A stretch of 64,000 bases of DNA from Cenarchaeum sp. (lineage in GTDB: Archaea; Thermoproteota; Nitrososphaeria; Nitrososphaerales; Nitrosopumilaceae): assembly GCA_965242695.1 (NCBI GenBank), contig CBDESU010000002.1, positions 416,001 to 480,000 on the forward strand, in the 5' to 3' direction. Both the position numbers and the translations under genes were made by a program. Positions 31,810-42,509 of this stretch are shown here, piece by piece. The notes under the pieces were generated by a model. It was not told the origin of the DNA and did not search any database. It worked only from the letters and a program-made list of their open reading frames with translations. The stretch's first letter is position 1; each line of letters begins with the position of its first letter.

Positions 31810-32951
31810 TGGCAGGCTCGCGGCCGGAACCGCGCAGGGGGCGCGGAGCATGGCAGGAATCGCAGGCCGGCGGCCCGATGCGCGCCGCAGGCGAAAGGGG
31901 GCCAGACGGGGCGCCGCCTACAGGGGGCCGCCGCCGCATGCGCGCGCTCGGACGGCAGCGGGCAGGTCCTGCACGGCCGGGTGGATACTCTTCTGTGTGC
32001 TGGGCCTCGATCCTGCCGTTGCGGGCCCGTCCAGAGCGGCCAGGGCTGCTGCGCGGTACTCTGCCGGTTTGGTCAGATGCACGGGCGAATTCTCGCGCGG
32101 GCCTTACGCCGCAGCATGCGCATTCAACGGCGGGCAGGGACTGCGAAAGCTGGGCATATTTCACTGCGTCTGGCTTTTGAGTGCAATGCTGACAGTATCG
32201 TCAATTGCGTGCATGATGACCCTTGAGGATCTAAGCGACGAGGTCTGGCCCATGATGGCGATCACCGGCGACGCGTGGAGGCCCCGCGACGGGCCGCAGG
32301 GTGAAGGGGGAGGGGACCGGCTCAACAGGCGCCGCCGGCGCGCACTCCGCGACCTGCGGGCCAAGAAGCGGCGCGCCGGCGTAGCCCGCAGGAAAGCGAG
32401 GCGGCGCGCCAGGCGCCGCCGCGTCCATGCGGCACGCTAGGCGCAGGGCAAAGGCGGATCGCAAAAGGCGCCCATGAAGGCCAAAAACCATGCAGGGCAA
32501 GGCGAAAAAGCATCCCTGGTGAGTGGCCCCGGTCTTGACAGGGACGCGGCTGTGCCGCCCGCCGTGCGCCGGACGGGGATGCCCAGGCGCGTCAGGTACC
32601 GCACCCCGCAGCGAGTGCTGCACATGCTAGACGGCGGCCCGCCTCCGTGAAGGCGGGTGAAAACGGCTCCGGCGAACCTGCGGCGGCGCGGGACGGCGCG
32701 GGGGATCCACGCCGTTCGGAGACGGATGGATCGCTGGGCTTGACAGGGAGGATGCCCGACGGCGAGGAGCGATTCGGAAGCGGCGCTGTCGCTCCTGCGC
32801 GGACGCGAGGCGGCCGGTGGGCGCCGGCGCCCTGAAGAGGCCCTCCGATGGCGGCGCGAGGCGGTCTGCGCCCCCGTGGAGACAGCGCCCTCCCACTCAG
32901 GCCATGCGCCGGGGCGGAGCGATTAAGTAGTGTTCCACGCGGGCGCGCGGC

Positions 32952-33458
32952 ATGGGCGAACCACCCGCTGACGGCCCAACGAACAAGGCGAATGCCACGC
33001 TAGACAGCGCGGCAAAAACCGCAGCGGCCGCACTAGCCGCACTTGATGCGGCCGATGCGGCCACGCGGGATGCGGCGGCACACCTAGACGACATGTTGGC
33101 GGCGCGCGGAGACACTCTCAATGGTGAACCCGCCAGTGAACTAGACGATGCAACGGGCAGCGCCATGGCCGCCATCGCTCGCGGCGCCCTTGATGCCCTA
33201 GATGACGCCGCGGCGCGAACCGCCGCGGCGCGAACCGCCTTGGCCGCCGCGTCCAACGCCCTGGCCGCCGCGGGCACCGCAGAGCCGCCGCATGTCATGC
33301 GCATCCTGCAGCGCGCCCTAGCCGCGGCCGGCGCCGGCGCCAGCGGCTCCACCGCCCGCAAGGCCGTCAACAGCGCCCGCAAGGCCGTCAACAGCGCCCG
33401 CAAGGCCGTCGATGCCGCTGATGCAAATCATCCAATTGCAGTGTCGACAGGCATGTGA
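32952..33458 (+). CDS. Ala-rich helical protein
   Basis: 168-aa ORF with heptad-like repeats; TTAAGTA upstream. Confidence 0.5.
   Translation: MGEPPADGPTNKANATLDSAAKTAAAALAALDAADAATRDAAAHLDDMLAARGDTLNGEPASELDDATGSAMAAIARGALDALDDAAARTAAARTALAAASNALAAAGTAEPPHVMRILQRALAAAGAGASGSTARKAVNSARKAVNSARKAVDAADANHPIAVSTGM
33353..33410 (+). repeat. 21-bp tandem repeat x2.8 (encodes ARKAVNS)
   Basis: cgcccgcaaggccgtcaacag repeated. Confidence 0.9.
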
Positions 33459-33499
33459 TCGTCCGGCCGCAGGGGCGCCAGCCCGGCGAACGGCACTGG

Positions 33500-34188
33500 A
33501 GGCGGGGTCCAAGGCGTGGCCCGCGTACCTTTGCGGCCCGAATCGCCTGTTTTTTCGTCATTCTTGGCCCCTTTATGTCCAAGACGTCGCATATCCGCAC
33601 CACCTTCTTGCGGTTGACCCGGCGCCGCATCTCGTACGACGCGGTGTGCGCTAGCATCCTCGTCCCGAGGCGGGCCTCTCGGAGGATATGCAGGTCACGG
33701 CCTTTGCGACTGCCGTGTCGATGCCCTTCTCAACGGGCCTCTTCTTGTGGTAGACGCCTAGCGCGAGACGCTGCAGTACCTTGGCGCCCGGTCAGGCTCA
33801 TCCTGCCCTCCGCTACCCTCTTGACCGCGCTCGCCCTCTCCTCAACTCCCAGCTTTTTTTTAACTCTGTATTGACCAGGGTCGGCTCGCCGACGGCGATT
33901 TTGAGCGACCCGTTCTCCCTGGCCAGCGCCTTGGCCGGATCGCTCCTGCCGTTGCCCCCTATGCCGCCAAGCTCCCTCTTGCCCGCATCCATGAACCTCT
34001 TGCGCCGGTTGTCGAACGTGGTCGGCGAGAGGCCGTGCTTGCGGCATGTCCCGGCCACGCCGATGTTCGTCGAGAGGTACTCGACCACTATGTCCACCCG
34101 CTCCTTGGCGGTCCACCGCTTGTGCGTCATTTTTTCGCCTCCCCGGCGCCCCCGGGGCTCCTAACCCCTCCCATTCCAATCGTTCTCA
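33500..34188 (-). mobile_element. truncated IS3-family element (orfA plus degenerate orfB N-terminus)
   Basis: orfA 33813-34130 with HTH (KRWTAKERVDIV...CRKHGLSP) and leucine-zipper-like tail; A8G slippery site at 33853-33861; orfB piece VNRKKVVRI; no DDE domain; boundaries approximate. Confidence 0.8.
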
Positions 34189-34533
34189 CTATACGGGCCC
34201 TCGCCACTGGCCCCTCGGCCGCGCTGGCGCTGCGCGCGCCCTTGTCCCGCGCCGCGTGCGGGCGCGCGTTGCGGCAGCTTCCCGGGCGGCATGCTGTCCT
34301 TCGCCCGGGCGGTGAACCTGCTGCGCCGCGCGGCAAGTGCGGGAAGTAGCGCCGGCGGCACAGGGGCCAGGAGCGGCGGCAGTGAGAGGAGAGGCGCATC
34401 GTGCGGCGCATCCTGCCGGCCGGCCAATAGGCAGGAGTGGGCCGCCGCGCCAGGCGTCAGCGAGGGAAGCTGCAAGGATCCCGGTGCCTCCGCTCTGGAA
34501 TGATCTGCCAGAGCCTGCCGCCGGCCACCCGGA

Positions 34534-34990
34534 TCACCCGTCCCCGGGCTCGGCCCCCTGCATCTCGATGAGGCGGGCGCCGTCCCTGATCGCGGACTCC
34601 AGTGCGTCGATTGTGCCGTCCATGCCGCCCTCGCCGAGCCTTTCGTCCAGGGCGTAGGCAATCCCCCTTTGGTAACCGGACGGGAGCACCACGTTGTGTA
34701 GTCGGCCCCGGGCGCCCCACCCATCCCATGCGCGGAACTTGGACACTCCCTCCAGGACGTTGGCCTCAAGTCGGTCGCGGCGGTGGGGCCCAGTACGACT
34801 AGGGCCTTGCCGCGCCCAGCGAACTTGGCAGGCTCCTTTGATATGTGCGGGTCCCGGAAGGAGTACCCGATGACGATGCACGCATCGAACGAGAGCGCTT
34901 GGCCGAACCGGCGCAGGATTGCAGCGTACGGCCCTTTCCGGGCCGCCTCGCCCTTGGCGTCCAGCGGGGGGCGCATGTACGCGCGGAAGA
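34534..34990 (-). pseudogene. SIR2 C-terminal remnant
   Basis: MRPPL...FDACIVIGYSFRDPHI...LVVLGP, then a frameshift, then YALDERLGE...; colinear with the C-terminal half of SIR2 11832-12992; N-terminal half missing. Confidence 0.75.
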
Positions 34991-35227
34991 TCTGGGCTGA
35001 GGCGGAAACAGCCCGCCCCTGGGCATCTCCTTGCCTGCCCCCATTTGGCCGGCAGCGCTTTATACCGCGATCCTAGGGTGTCACGGCCCGGGCCGGGGCG
35101 GGGGCGCAGGCCGCTCCCGATCCTGCCCCATTTTCTCACCTCCAACTCGCTCATTGCGGGCGCCGGCATCCGGCGGCCGTGACCGCCGCTTTTTGCACTC
35201 GACATGCAAACTCGGCGGAGGATGCCC

Positions 35228-35695
35228 TTAATGCTCAAGCGCACGATCAAACGCGACAATGACGCGCTTTGCTCCGGCATGGTATGCGCAAATTTCGTCA
35301 AAAGATGTTTGGATCTGCTCTCCATGAGCGCTTTTGTTCCTGTTTACTACAATATTCGCGTACTGGTTCAAGTCCGCCTCACTTGTGTTCTGCGTGAACC
35401 TGCTCAAGCATTCCCCGCCGAATTTCTTCAAAACGCCCTTGAGCGCGTCGGGGTGCACGGGCGCGCGCCGCTCTAGCAGGAATTTTACATACGACGTCAC
35501 GCCGGGGTCTCCCGATTTTTGAACTCTCTTCAATATGATGCCCTTTATTTCCATTTCATAGTGGCCGCATATGTGGACTAGCATGAACCTGGTCAGCTGG
35601 TTTTCAATGATCGTGTACCTAGACTCCGTTTGGTCTAGGTGCTGGCTCCACAGCGCAAGATCGTCGTCAGCTGTGTCGAGGGCCGTGAAGATCAC
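35228..35695 (-). CDS. HEPN RNase (RiboL-PSP/MAE_28990-like)
   Basis: ICGHYE...RNKSAHG (RxxxxH); GTGA overlap with the DUF262 gene. Confidence 0.85.
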   Translation of the reverse strand: MIFTALDTADDDLALWSQHLDQTESRYTIIENQLTRFMLVHICGHYEMEIKGIILKRVQKSGDPGVTSYVKFLLERRAPVHPDALKGVLKKFGGECLSRFTQNTSEADLNQYANIVVNRNKSAHGEQIQTSFDEICAYHAGAKRVIVAFDRALEH

Positions 35696-36834
35696 CCGAA
35701 CAGAACTTTATTGGCAATTTCTAGGCGTGACTTGACAGCGGACACGTCAGCGGTGGCCACGACCGAGGACTTCGCGAACAGGTCGCTTTCCTTGAGGCTT
35801 TCAACCCGTTCCTTTATGTTGCTGGGAATGCTGCCGGCATTGCGCGCAAACGCTACAAATACAGAGTCTAGGAGGGGGGCCTTGAGGGCTCCGCGCGAAT
35901 TGTGGAACGGGCGCTCGCCGAGGCAGTCGACTATGCTCCTGCACACGTTGCCAAAGCGCTCTTTTTCCTGCAGGATAAACGCATCCGGCGGGTCGCGCAT
36001 GCTGTGCATGAACGCGGACAGGAAATCCTTCATGGGCTGATGGTACTTGTTCCCATTACAGGCAAGCGACATGCAGCGAAGTGCAAGCTGTATGTCGTTC
36101 ATGCGCGGATCGGGGTAGGGCTTGCCCAAGATTTTTCTCCAATCCTTGTCGTTGTTGATCTCGCGAAGAAGGTTGTTGAGCTTGCCATCATATATGCAGT
36201 TCCTAATCTCCTGCTGGGACAACAGGGTGCCGCCCGTGTTAAGACGCTCGAATATGTGGTAGGCCACGCTGCCGTTTGCATCGGGGCGCATGTGCCGGAT
36301 CAGTATGGATCGTAGCACCTGGTTTTTTAGTCTTTTTTGGATGTGCTCGGGAAGATCGTCAAACCCTTTTCCATAAATTTCGTTGTCCTTGTTTATTCCG
36401 ACGATCTTAAACTTTCTGTTTGATTCTTGCCTGCCCTTTTTCTTGAAATAGCCGCCAAAAAAGTAAAATATGGTCAAAAGCCTTTGCATGCCATCTATCA
36501 CCAGCGCGTTCTCGTCCTTGTCCGTCATTAGAAACACGGGCGGTACGGGAAGATCCATCATGAACGACTCTATGAGCCGGGACGCCTGCTTGGATGTCCA
36601 TACATACCCGCGCTGAAATTCCGGTAGGACTATGGACTCATTTTTCCACATTTCATAGAGCGTACTGAGCGTATAGTCGGCCGGCATGTACATAATGTCG
36701 TACTTTTGAGGCGTCGTCTCGCCGTTTTTGTCTTCGTCGATGTCCTCGATCTGAAGCGCATCGTGCGCTGGTTCATTGTGGCTGTCACGCGCATCCTTTT
36801 CCGATACCGTGTGCGGGCTAGGCTGGCCTTCCAC
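35692..36834 (-). CDS. DUF262 protein; with the HEPN gene it resembles PD-T4-2
   Basis: PEFQRGYVW, SRLIES, IDGMQRL, IFERLNTGG, QEIRN. Confidence 0.9.
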   Translation of the reverse strand: MEGQPSPHTVSEKDARDSHNEPAHDALQIEDIDEDKNGETTPQKYDIMYMPADYTLSTLYEMWKNESIVLPEFQRGYVWTSKQASRLIESFMMDLPVPPVFLMTDKDENALVIDGMQRLLTIFYFFGGYFKKKGRQESNRKFKIVGINKDNEIYGKGFDDLPEHIQKRLKNQVLRSILIRHMRPDANGSVAYHIFERLNTGGTLLSQQEIRNCIYDGKLNNLLREINNDKDWRKILGKPYPDPRMNDIQLALRCMSLACNGNKYHQPMKDFLSAFMHSMRDPPDAFILQEKERFGNVCRSIVDCLGERPFHNSRGALKAPLLDSVFVAFARNAGSIPSNIKERVESLKESDLFAKSSVVATADVSAVKSRLEIANKVLFG

Positions 36835-37225
36835 GCCGCGGAGCGATCGGATTTGTCTTATGAGTGTTTAGTATGCCCAAAGAGGCAAGCCAGATAAGAA
36901 ATTTTTGGGCAAATGACGGCATATCGAGTGATAAATTTGTGCTTATGCGCGCACATTTTCAAATAACTCGCATAATGGCGCAAATACTGGCCTGCTGTGG
37001 ACAAACTGCCGCAAATCCGTGCAGGCATCGGCGGCTCGGGAGGAGAATGGTCTGCGCGCGGTGGGCCCATGCCGCCCCATGTACGAGGCGGCACCGCGTC
37101 TTGCCAGGCGCCCTGCAGCCGAGCAGCTTCGGCTCGGGACCAAAAGCCGGCAGGGTTGTCCCGCGCGCGCCATTCATGGCGGCGGGGGCCTGCGCGTCTA
37201 GATACGACTATGCTACAGGCCGCCG

Positions 37226-40200
37226 CTAGTCGCGCCGCCCCATCTCGGCGAGGAGGTCTAGGGCGGCCGGCCACCCGACGGCGGCGAACGCATCGAGGAC
37301 GTCGATGCAGCGGTTCCACTCGTCGTCGTAGAGGGAGTGGTGCGACAGGAGTCCCCCGAGGATCTTCAGTGAACGGTCCGCCATAGCAGGTTCGGACGCC
37401 GCGGTGCCACCGTGTATTTTTATGATCTTGTCCAAGCAGGCAAGGGCAAATTCTGGAACTTCTGCCCAAAATTTGTCCAGGAATTTTGTCAGTGCATCAG
37501 CAATGAAAATATCAAGAGGTTTTTCGTCTAACAGTAGCATCATGCGTGACAAGTGCCTTGTGATCTTTTTAATATATTTACGGTCGTCTATGTCAGGATT
37601 TTCGTCAAAGTCGCTTAGTGTGAGGAACACCACTTTTCTCCGTACGTTAGAAGAAGAGTCGCCTAGGAGCCGATAGAGGAGGTCAAGGGCTGCATCCGAA
37701 TGCTTCCATGATCTGATATAGTCTTTTTTCAGTACAAACGAAATGTCGATCCGCAGCTGGTCATCAAACTCTCTCTTGTCTACTATGCGGTCGAGCAACC
37801 TTGTCGCATGGGGCTCCTCCAAGCAGATTGCCAACCGTAAGAGTGGGGCGGCAATGCCCATCGGTGCCGGAGTCGATGCAACCAGTATGTTCCCTATCAT
37901 AGCCGATGCCGACGCGGGCTCTTTCGGGATCATATGGGGCAGGAAGGCGGGCAGGTAGAATCTCACGTGCGGATCTGGATCACGGCTATACGCCAGCGCT
38001 ATGGTACGGGCCATATCGTAGTGATCCGGCGACAAGAGGCGGAGTGATCTGGCTACGTCGCTGCGCACTAGGTTGACAGGATCTTCCGACAGCTCGCGTA
38101 TGGCCTCTAGGACATCTCCACTTTTCCTCTCGGCCGAGATCCTAATCAGGCACTCGGCGACCAAGCCGCGCACGTTCGGGACGACTTCGCGGGCGACTTC
38201 AGGCGGGTTTTCTGCGTCTTGCTCTGGGTCCTCGTCGTGCTTGCTACGGAGGAGTAATGCCTCCATTTGTAACAGGAGGGTCTCTTCTAGGCCGCCGTGC
38301 GGCCCGCCGAGCACCTTGGCCATATTCTGTAAGAGTTTGATTTTTTTGTCGCGGCCAAGATCGTCGCCGATCACCGCCCGTACGGCAGCGAGCGGGTCGT
38401 GCTCTGCGGCCTTCTCGTCAGGGAGATCGTAGAGCGTGACGGACGGAGGAGGCACATCCGTTGTAGTCTGCTTGGGAAACTGGTCTACGATTGAGGCATG
38501 CTCGGTGGACAGAACGGCGCGCGGCAGCTCCGAGAAGAATGCGGCGCGCGCCTGGGCAGTTTTCCGCATTTCGGCCCCGGTCAGGTCGCGAGGGGAGTTT
38601 GACCTAGCGATCGCATTGCAGATGCGCTTTGCCTGAGCTTCGTCGAGCATGCCGACGGCGCTTCCAATCGCATCGCGGACGCTGCGTTGGAGTGCGTGTG
38701 ACTCATACACGTGCGGGTCAGATAGGAGGACGGCAAGGTCGTCAGCAAGCCGGGGAGTCCGTATTGCCACGGCGTCGACCAGCATACGGCGAAACGAAAC
38801 AAGCCTCGTGTTTTTGAACGCAGGAATCAGGCATGAAAGGTCTTCATCGCTACACCCGTCAATGTAGTTTCTAACATGGCTTAAAGGATCTTCACCATCT
38901 GAAGGCGCCATCTGCCTATACCGCCACAATGGATCGTTGGCCAAGCCGTTGCCCTGCCTTTCTAGGATGTCATGGTTTATCCGCTCTGCGGCCAGTATTA
39001 CTGCTCTCACCATGACGGTAGGATTGGCCTTCAACAGTCCGGGAAGCATCGTGCAAAGGTCCCATTTGTTGTAAAGGTTGTCTTGCGCCTTTGTACTTGT
39101 CAGTTCTACTGCCCCGTAGCTCCCCATGCTCGTTTTTTCGGAGGATGTCTCCTCGTGCGAATAGAGGTTGCAGAAGACGACAGGGACCGCATCCGGATTG
39201 CTATCCAGCAAGCGAGGGAGGTTGTGCGCAACGCCCGAGCGCACACGCGGATCGCCGTCCCTTGACATCGCCCTTAGCAGCTCGGCCTTGCCGGTGGCAT
39301 CTATGTCGGCAAGCAGCACGACTGCTTCTTTGCGCGCCTGTCCGTTCTTGTTGCTTTTCGCAAGCTCGCGGGCTACGGCAAACACACCGTTGTGGTGCCG
39401 CGCATCGGCAGCGGCCACCTTCAAGCAGTCGACGATAAATGATCCATTGTGGTTGTCTGCATCTGTCGCCCAGCCGGCAAGCGCGCCTCCCCACACGGGA
39501 AACCACGACTCAGAAGGTTGCTTTGCCAGCGCTATGAGAAAATGTCGCTGGAGTATAAAATGGTCAGCCAGCAGTGTCTCAAGCCGGAGGCAGGCGGCGC
39601 ACTTTTCGTCGTGCAGCACGGCGGCGAGTGCTGCGATCGCGGCGTTCTTCCAGTAGTGCCGGATGTCGGCCCGCGCGATCTCCTCCACAAGTGTTGCAAA
39701 TCCTTTCGCATCCCTCTCGTGCGCCATCGCAAACGTGAGGGATAGCGTCGGGAGCAGAAAGATGTTGTGCTCGTCGGCGTGCAAATAGTCCGTCAAGGAC
39801 TGGTGCCGCTCGAGGAGGGCCCGAGACATGACATAGTCCAGGTATGCGTGGTGGAAGTAGCGGATCATGCCCCCGCCCCCGGTGCGCTCTAGCATGTTCG
39901 AGCTCTGCGCGGCCTCGGCCGCCTCTTGGTCGTCCGGGCCGTACGGTATCGTCGTCTTGCGCACCTTGAACATGGCCTCGGCCATGCCGTAGAGCTCGTC
40001 CTTTACGCGTATCTTTAGAGGATCAAGCTCTACATAGTGGTGCCAGTGGGTATCGTACAGGTCTATCTCGCTCCTGATCGACGCAAGGTCTGCCCCAGTC
40101 GACCTTTCCAGCACGAGTGAGAGGATGTGCAGGTTGAGCGGGACGGCGAGCAGTTCCTTCAGTCCGGGAGGCACGGGCGGGCTGCCGATCTCGCCCAGGA

Positions 40201-41740
40201 TTCGGTCGATCTCGGCGCCTGGCAGCGGCCCCAGGTCATACCTTGAGCCCCAGTCGGTCGTCCCGAGAAGGGGAGAGTTCCCGTAGTCGTAGCTTCGCAC
40301 CGTGACGACAGTCCTTGCGCCGGCGCCCCAGACCATCCCGAACAGCAGCTTGAACGCGCGCATGGTCTTTTCGTTGCGCCCGGCCGCATCAAGCGAGTCG
40401 AATATTATCGTCATCTCTCTCACCCCTCCTGGCGGCGCGGCGCGGCTCACAATGTCGACAAGGCTGCGGCCGTGGACGACGGCCCGGTCCAGCTCTTCGG
40501 CCGACTCGATGCCGAGAAAGTCGTCGCATCTGACGAGCAGGGCCGCCTCGGATGCGGCGAGGTCCTCGTATAGCAGGCGCGACAGGACGCTCTTTCCAGA
40601 GCCCCTGTCGCCGACTATGGCCACCCGGCCCTTGTCCTCGAGAAGCTCCTTGATCTCGCCGATCTCCTTGCTCCGGTCGATGACGGTTTTTTCGCCGATC
40701 CTGCTGAAGATGGACTCTGCGGCACCCCTGCCCGCCATGCCCATCAGGTCGCGATCCGTCGCATCGCGACCGGTATCCGCCGCGGGCTCCTGCCCTCCTT
40801 CCCTTGCATCCTTTACAACGCGCGCGATCTCGTTCATGATCGACTCGGGATCGCCCTTGTCCCAGTACCTCATGAAGGTGTCGGCGAGCATCGGAAGCTT
40901 GGGCGCAACTTTGGAATGGCTGGTCTTGTAGAGTATGGGGATGATCCTGTCCTCGAGGCGTCCGCCCAGCATCTTGCCAAGCTCGATCATCGCGTACCGG
41001 CTCTTGTCGTACGCTGGGCTGACGATGGTCACTGCGTATGCGGAGCGTTCCAGTGCGCCCATGATGGTAGAGGACACCTTGTCGCCTATCGACAGGCGGG
41101 CAACGTCGCGCCACACGCGCAGGTCGCGGTGCACAAGCCCCGCCTCCAGCTTGGCCGCCACCTCCTCGCCGTCCTTGTGGGCGTAGGATATGAACACGTC
41201 CCACTTGAAGGCCGACGTTCCCTTGCCCGGCCTATCCGCCTCTGCAACGCGCCCGCCGCGGACGCACACGTCGCCCCGGATTGCAGCAGGGGCGGACTCG
41301 GCCCACTCGGCCCTCTTCCGGGACAGCTCGGACCTCGTCCCGGCCGGCAGGGCCTCGTACGCTTTCCTTATGCGGTCCCGGCCCCTCGGCGTGATGGCGA
41401 TCTCGGCGCCCGGCCCCTCCCCGCCGCCGGCGATCTCTATGTTCCTCGAGAAGAGCAGCTGCTCGGCATCGCCCTCGACGTGGCCGCTGCGCGGGCCGGA
41501 TGCCGTGCCGCAAAACGAGACGGGCTCTACGCGGCATCCGGCAAGGACGGTCGTAAGGGCAAGGAACACCTGCCGGACGAGGGCGGGCAGCCCCTGTACG
41601 GGCCGTGGGTCGGCGCGCAGGAGTATCAGGATCACGTCCTCTACGGTGAGGTCTATGTCGCACGACGTACGGCGGATCGCCTCGTCGATCTCGCCGACGG
41701 TGTAGAGGCGGCGGCCGTCGCCGGGATCGCCCCCGGTCAT
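37226..41740 (-). CDS. wHTH-TIR-STAND NTPase-HEAT protein (Avs/NLR-like)
   Basis: TIR WDVFISYAHKD...YAMIEL; Walker A GDRGSGKS; Walker B IIFDSLD; PLNL; YFHH; HEAT-like repeats; ATG 41740 overlaps the upstream stop. Confidence 0.88.
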   Translation of the reverse strand: MTGGDPGDGRRLYTVGEIDEAIRRTSCDIDLTVEDVILILLRADPRPVQGLPALVRQVFLALTTVLAGCRVEPVSFCGTASGPRSGHVEGDAEQLLFSRNIEIAGGGEGPGAEIAITPRGRDRIRKAYEALPAGTRSELSRKRAEWAESAPAAIRGDVCVRGGRVAEADRPGKGTSAFKWDVFISYAHKDGEEVAAKLEAGLVHRDLRVWRDVARLSIGDKVSSTIMGALERSAYAVTIVSPAYDKSRYAMIELGKMLGGRLEDRIIPILYKTSHSKVAPKLPMLADTFMRYWDKGDPESIMNEIARVVKDAREGGQEPAADTGRDATDRDLMGMAGRGAAESIFSRIGEKTVIDRSKEIGEIKELLEDKGRVAIVGDRGSGKSVLSRLLYEDLAASEAALLVRCDDFLGIESAEELDRAVVHGRSLVDIVSRAAPPGGVREMTIIFDSLDAAGRNEKTMRAFKLLFGMVWGAGARTVVTVRSYDYGNSPLLGTTDWGSRYDLGPLPGAEIDRILGEIGSPPVPPGLKELLAVPLNLHILSLVLERSTGADLASIRSEIDLYDTHWHHYVELDPLKIRVKDELYGMAEAMFKVRKTTIPYGPDDQEAAEAAQSSNMLERTGGGGMIRYFHHAYLDYVMSRALLERHQSLTDYLHADEHNIFLLPTLSLTFAMAHERDAKGFATLVEEIARADIRHYWKNAAIAALAAVLHDEKCAACLRLETLLADHFILQRHFLIALAKQPSESWFPVWGGALAGWATDADNHNGSFIVDCLKVAAADARHHNGVFAVARELAKSNKNGQARKEAVVLLADIDATGKAELLRAMSRDGDPRVRSGVAHNLPRLLDSNPDAVPVVFCNLYSHEETSSEKTSMGSYGAVELTSTKAQDNLYNKWDLCTMLPGLLKANPTVMVRAVILAAERINHDILERQGNGLANDPLWRYRQMAPSDGEDPLSHVRNYIDGCSDEDLSCLIPAFKNTRLVSFRRMLVDAVAIRTPRLADDLAVLLSDPHVYESHALQRSVRDAIGSAVGMLDEAQAKRICNAIARSNSPRDLTGAEMRKTAQARAAFFSELPRAVLSTEHASIVDQFPKQTTTDVPPPSVTLYDLPDEKAAEHDPLAAVRAVIGDDLGRDKKIKLLQNMAKVLGGPHGGLEETLLLQMEALLLRSKHDEDPEQDAENPPEVAREVVPNVRGLVAECLIRISAERKSGDVLEAIRELSEDPVNLVRSDVARSLRLLSPDHYDMARTIALAYSRDPDPHVRFYLPAFLPHMIPKEPASASAMIGNILVASTPAPMGIAAPLLRLAICLEEPHATRLLDRIVDKREFDDQLRIDISFVLKKDYIRSWKHSDAALDLLYRLLGDSSSNVRRKVVFLTLSDFDENPDIDDRKYIKKITRHLSRMMLLLDEKPLDIFIADALTKFLDKFWAEVPEFALACLDKIIKIHGGTAASEPAMADRSLKILGGLLSHHSLYDDEWNRCIDVLDAFAAVGWPAALDLLAEMGRRD

Positions 41741-42201
41741 GCCATGCTCAGCTCCGTGAACACGTAGTATTCGCCGTCCCTGGAACTCCTCTTGACGAAC
41801 GATCCGAATGTCCTGACGCCCCCGCGCCGGAAGCACACGAACAGCTCCCTCTTGGAGACGGACACGGACGCGAGCGAGCGGTAGCGGCTCGCCCTGCGCG
41901 CCATGGCGGTGCGGTGCCTGGCAAGCAGGTCGGACGCGGTCACGCCCTCCCCGTAGTAGAGGCGCATGCGGCCTGCCACGCGCCGCTCCACCCTCAGGCC
42001 GGCGAGTATGTTGCCGACGCCCCTGTCGGCGCGCACAAACTCCATCGTGCAGCCGTGGCAGCGGAGGTACGACTCGGGCCTGCGGATATCCAGGAATCCG
42101 CCCGTTCCTCCCACTGTCACGCCGAGCCTTGCCCAGGCGAGGATCGGCCGTACCCGGTGCGCCCTGCCCCCGCAGAACGGGCAGGTGCGGGAAGAGTCCA
42201 T
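41737..42201 (-). CDS. zinc-ribbon protein coupled to the TIR-STAND gene
   Basis: CPFCGG...CHGC; TTTATTA about 24 nt upstream; ATGA overlap. Confidence 0.7.
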   Translation of the reverse strand: MDSSRTCPFCGGRAHRVRPILAWARLGVTVGGTGGFLDIRRPESYLRCHGCTMEFVRADRGVGNILAGLRVERRVAGRMRLYYGEGVTASDLLARHRTAMARRASRYRSLASVSVSKRELFVCFRRGGVRTFGSFVKRSSRDGEYYVFTELSMA

Positions 42202-42509
42202 GGAGGGGGCGGCCGGGGCCTGTGGTAATAAACAAGGACGAGTGATGAGGTGGGCGGGCGCTCGGGGAGACGGCAGGGAGGCCACGGCGGCCCGCCCCGC
42301 AGCAGGGGCGGCGCGGCAGGGGCGGCAGGGGCGCCTGTAGAGGCCGCCGCCCCGCATGCGGCCGTGTCGGCGCACCGACGGGAGGGCGTGCCGCAGCCGC
42401 AGCCGCAGCCTCCGCCGCTCCGGCGGCGCGTGGGCGGCGTCATTCCGGCGGGGCGCAAGCAGGGCTGCGCCTATCGCCGGCTTTGGGGCGGCCGCCGCGG
42501 ACGCCCCCC

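Noticed and set aside
31850-32440. Putative membrane protein ORF
   Set aside because: Mostly Arg/Ala low-complexity with no clear promoter or motif.
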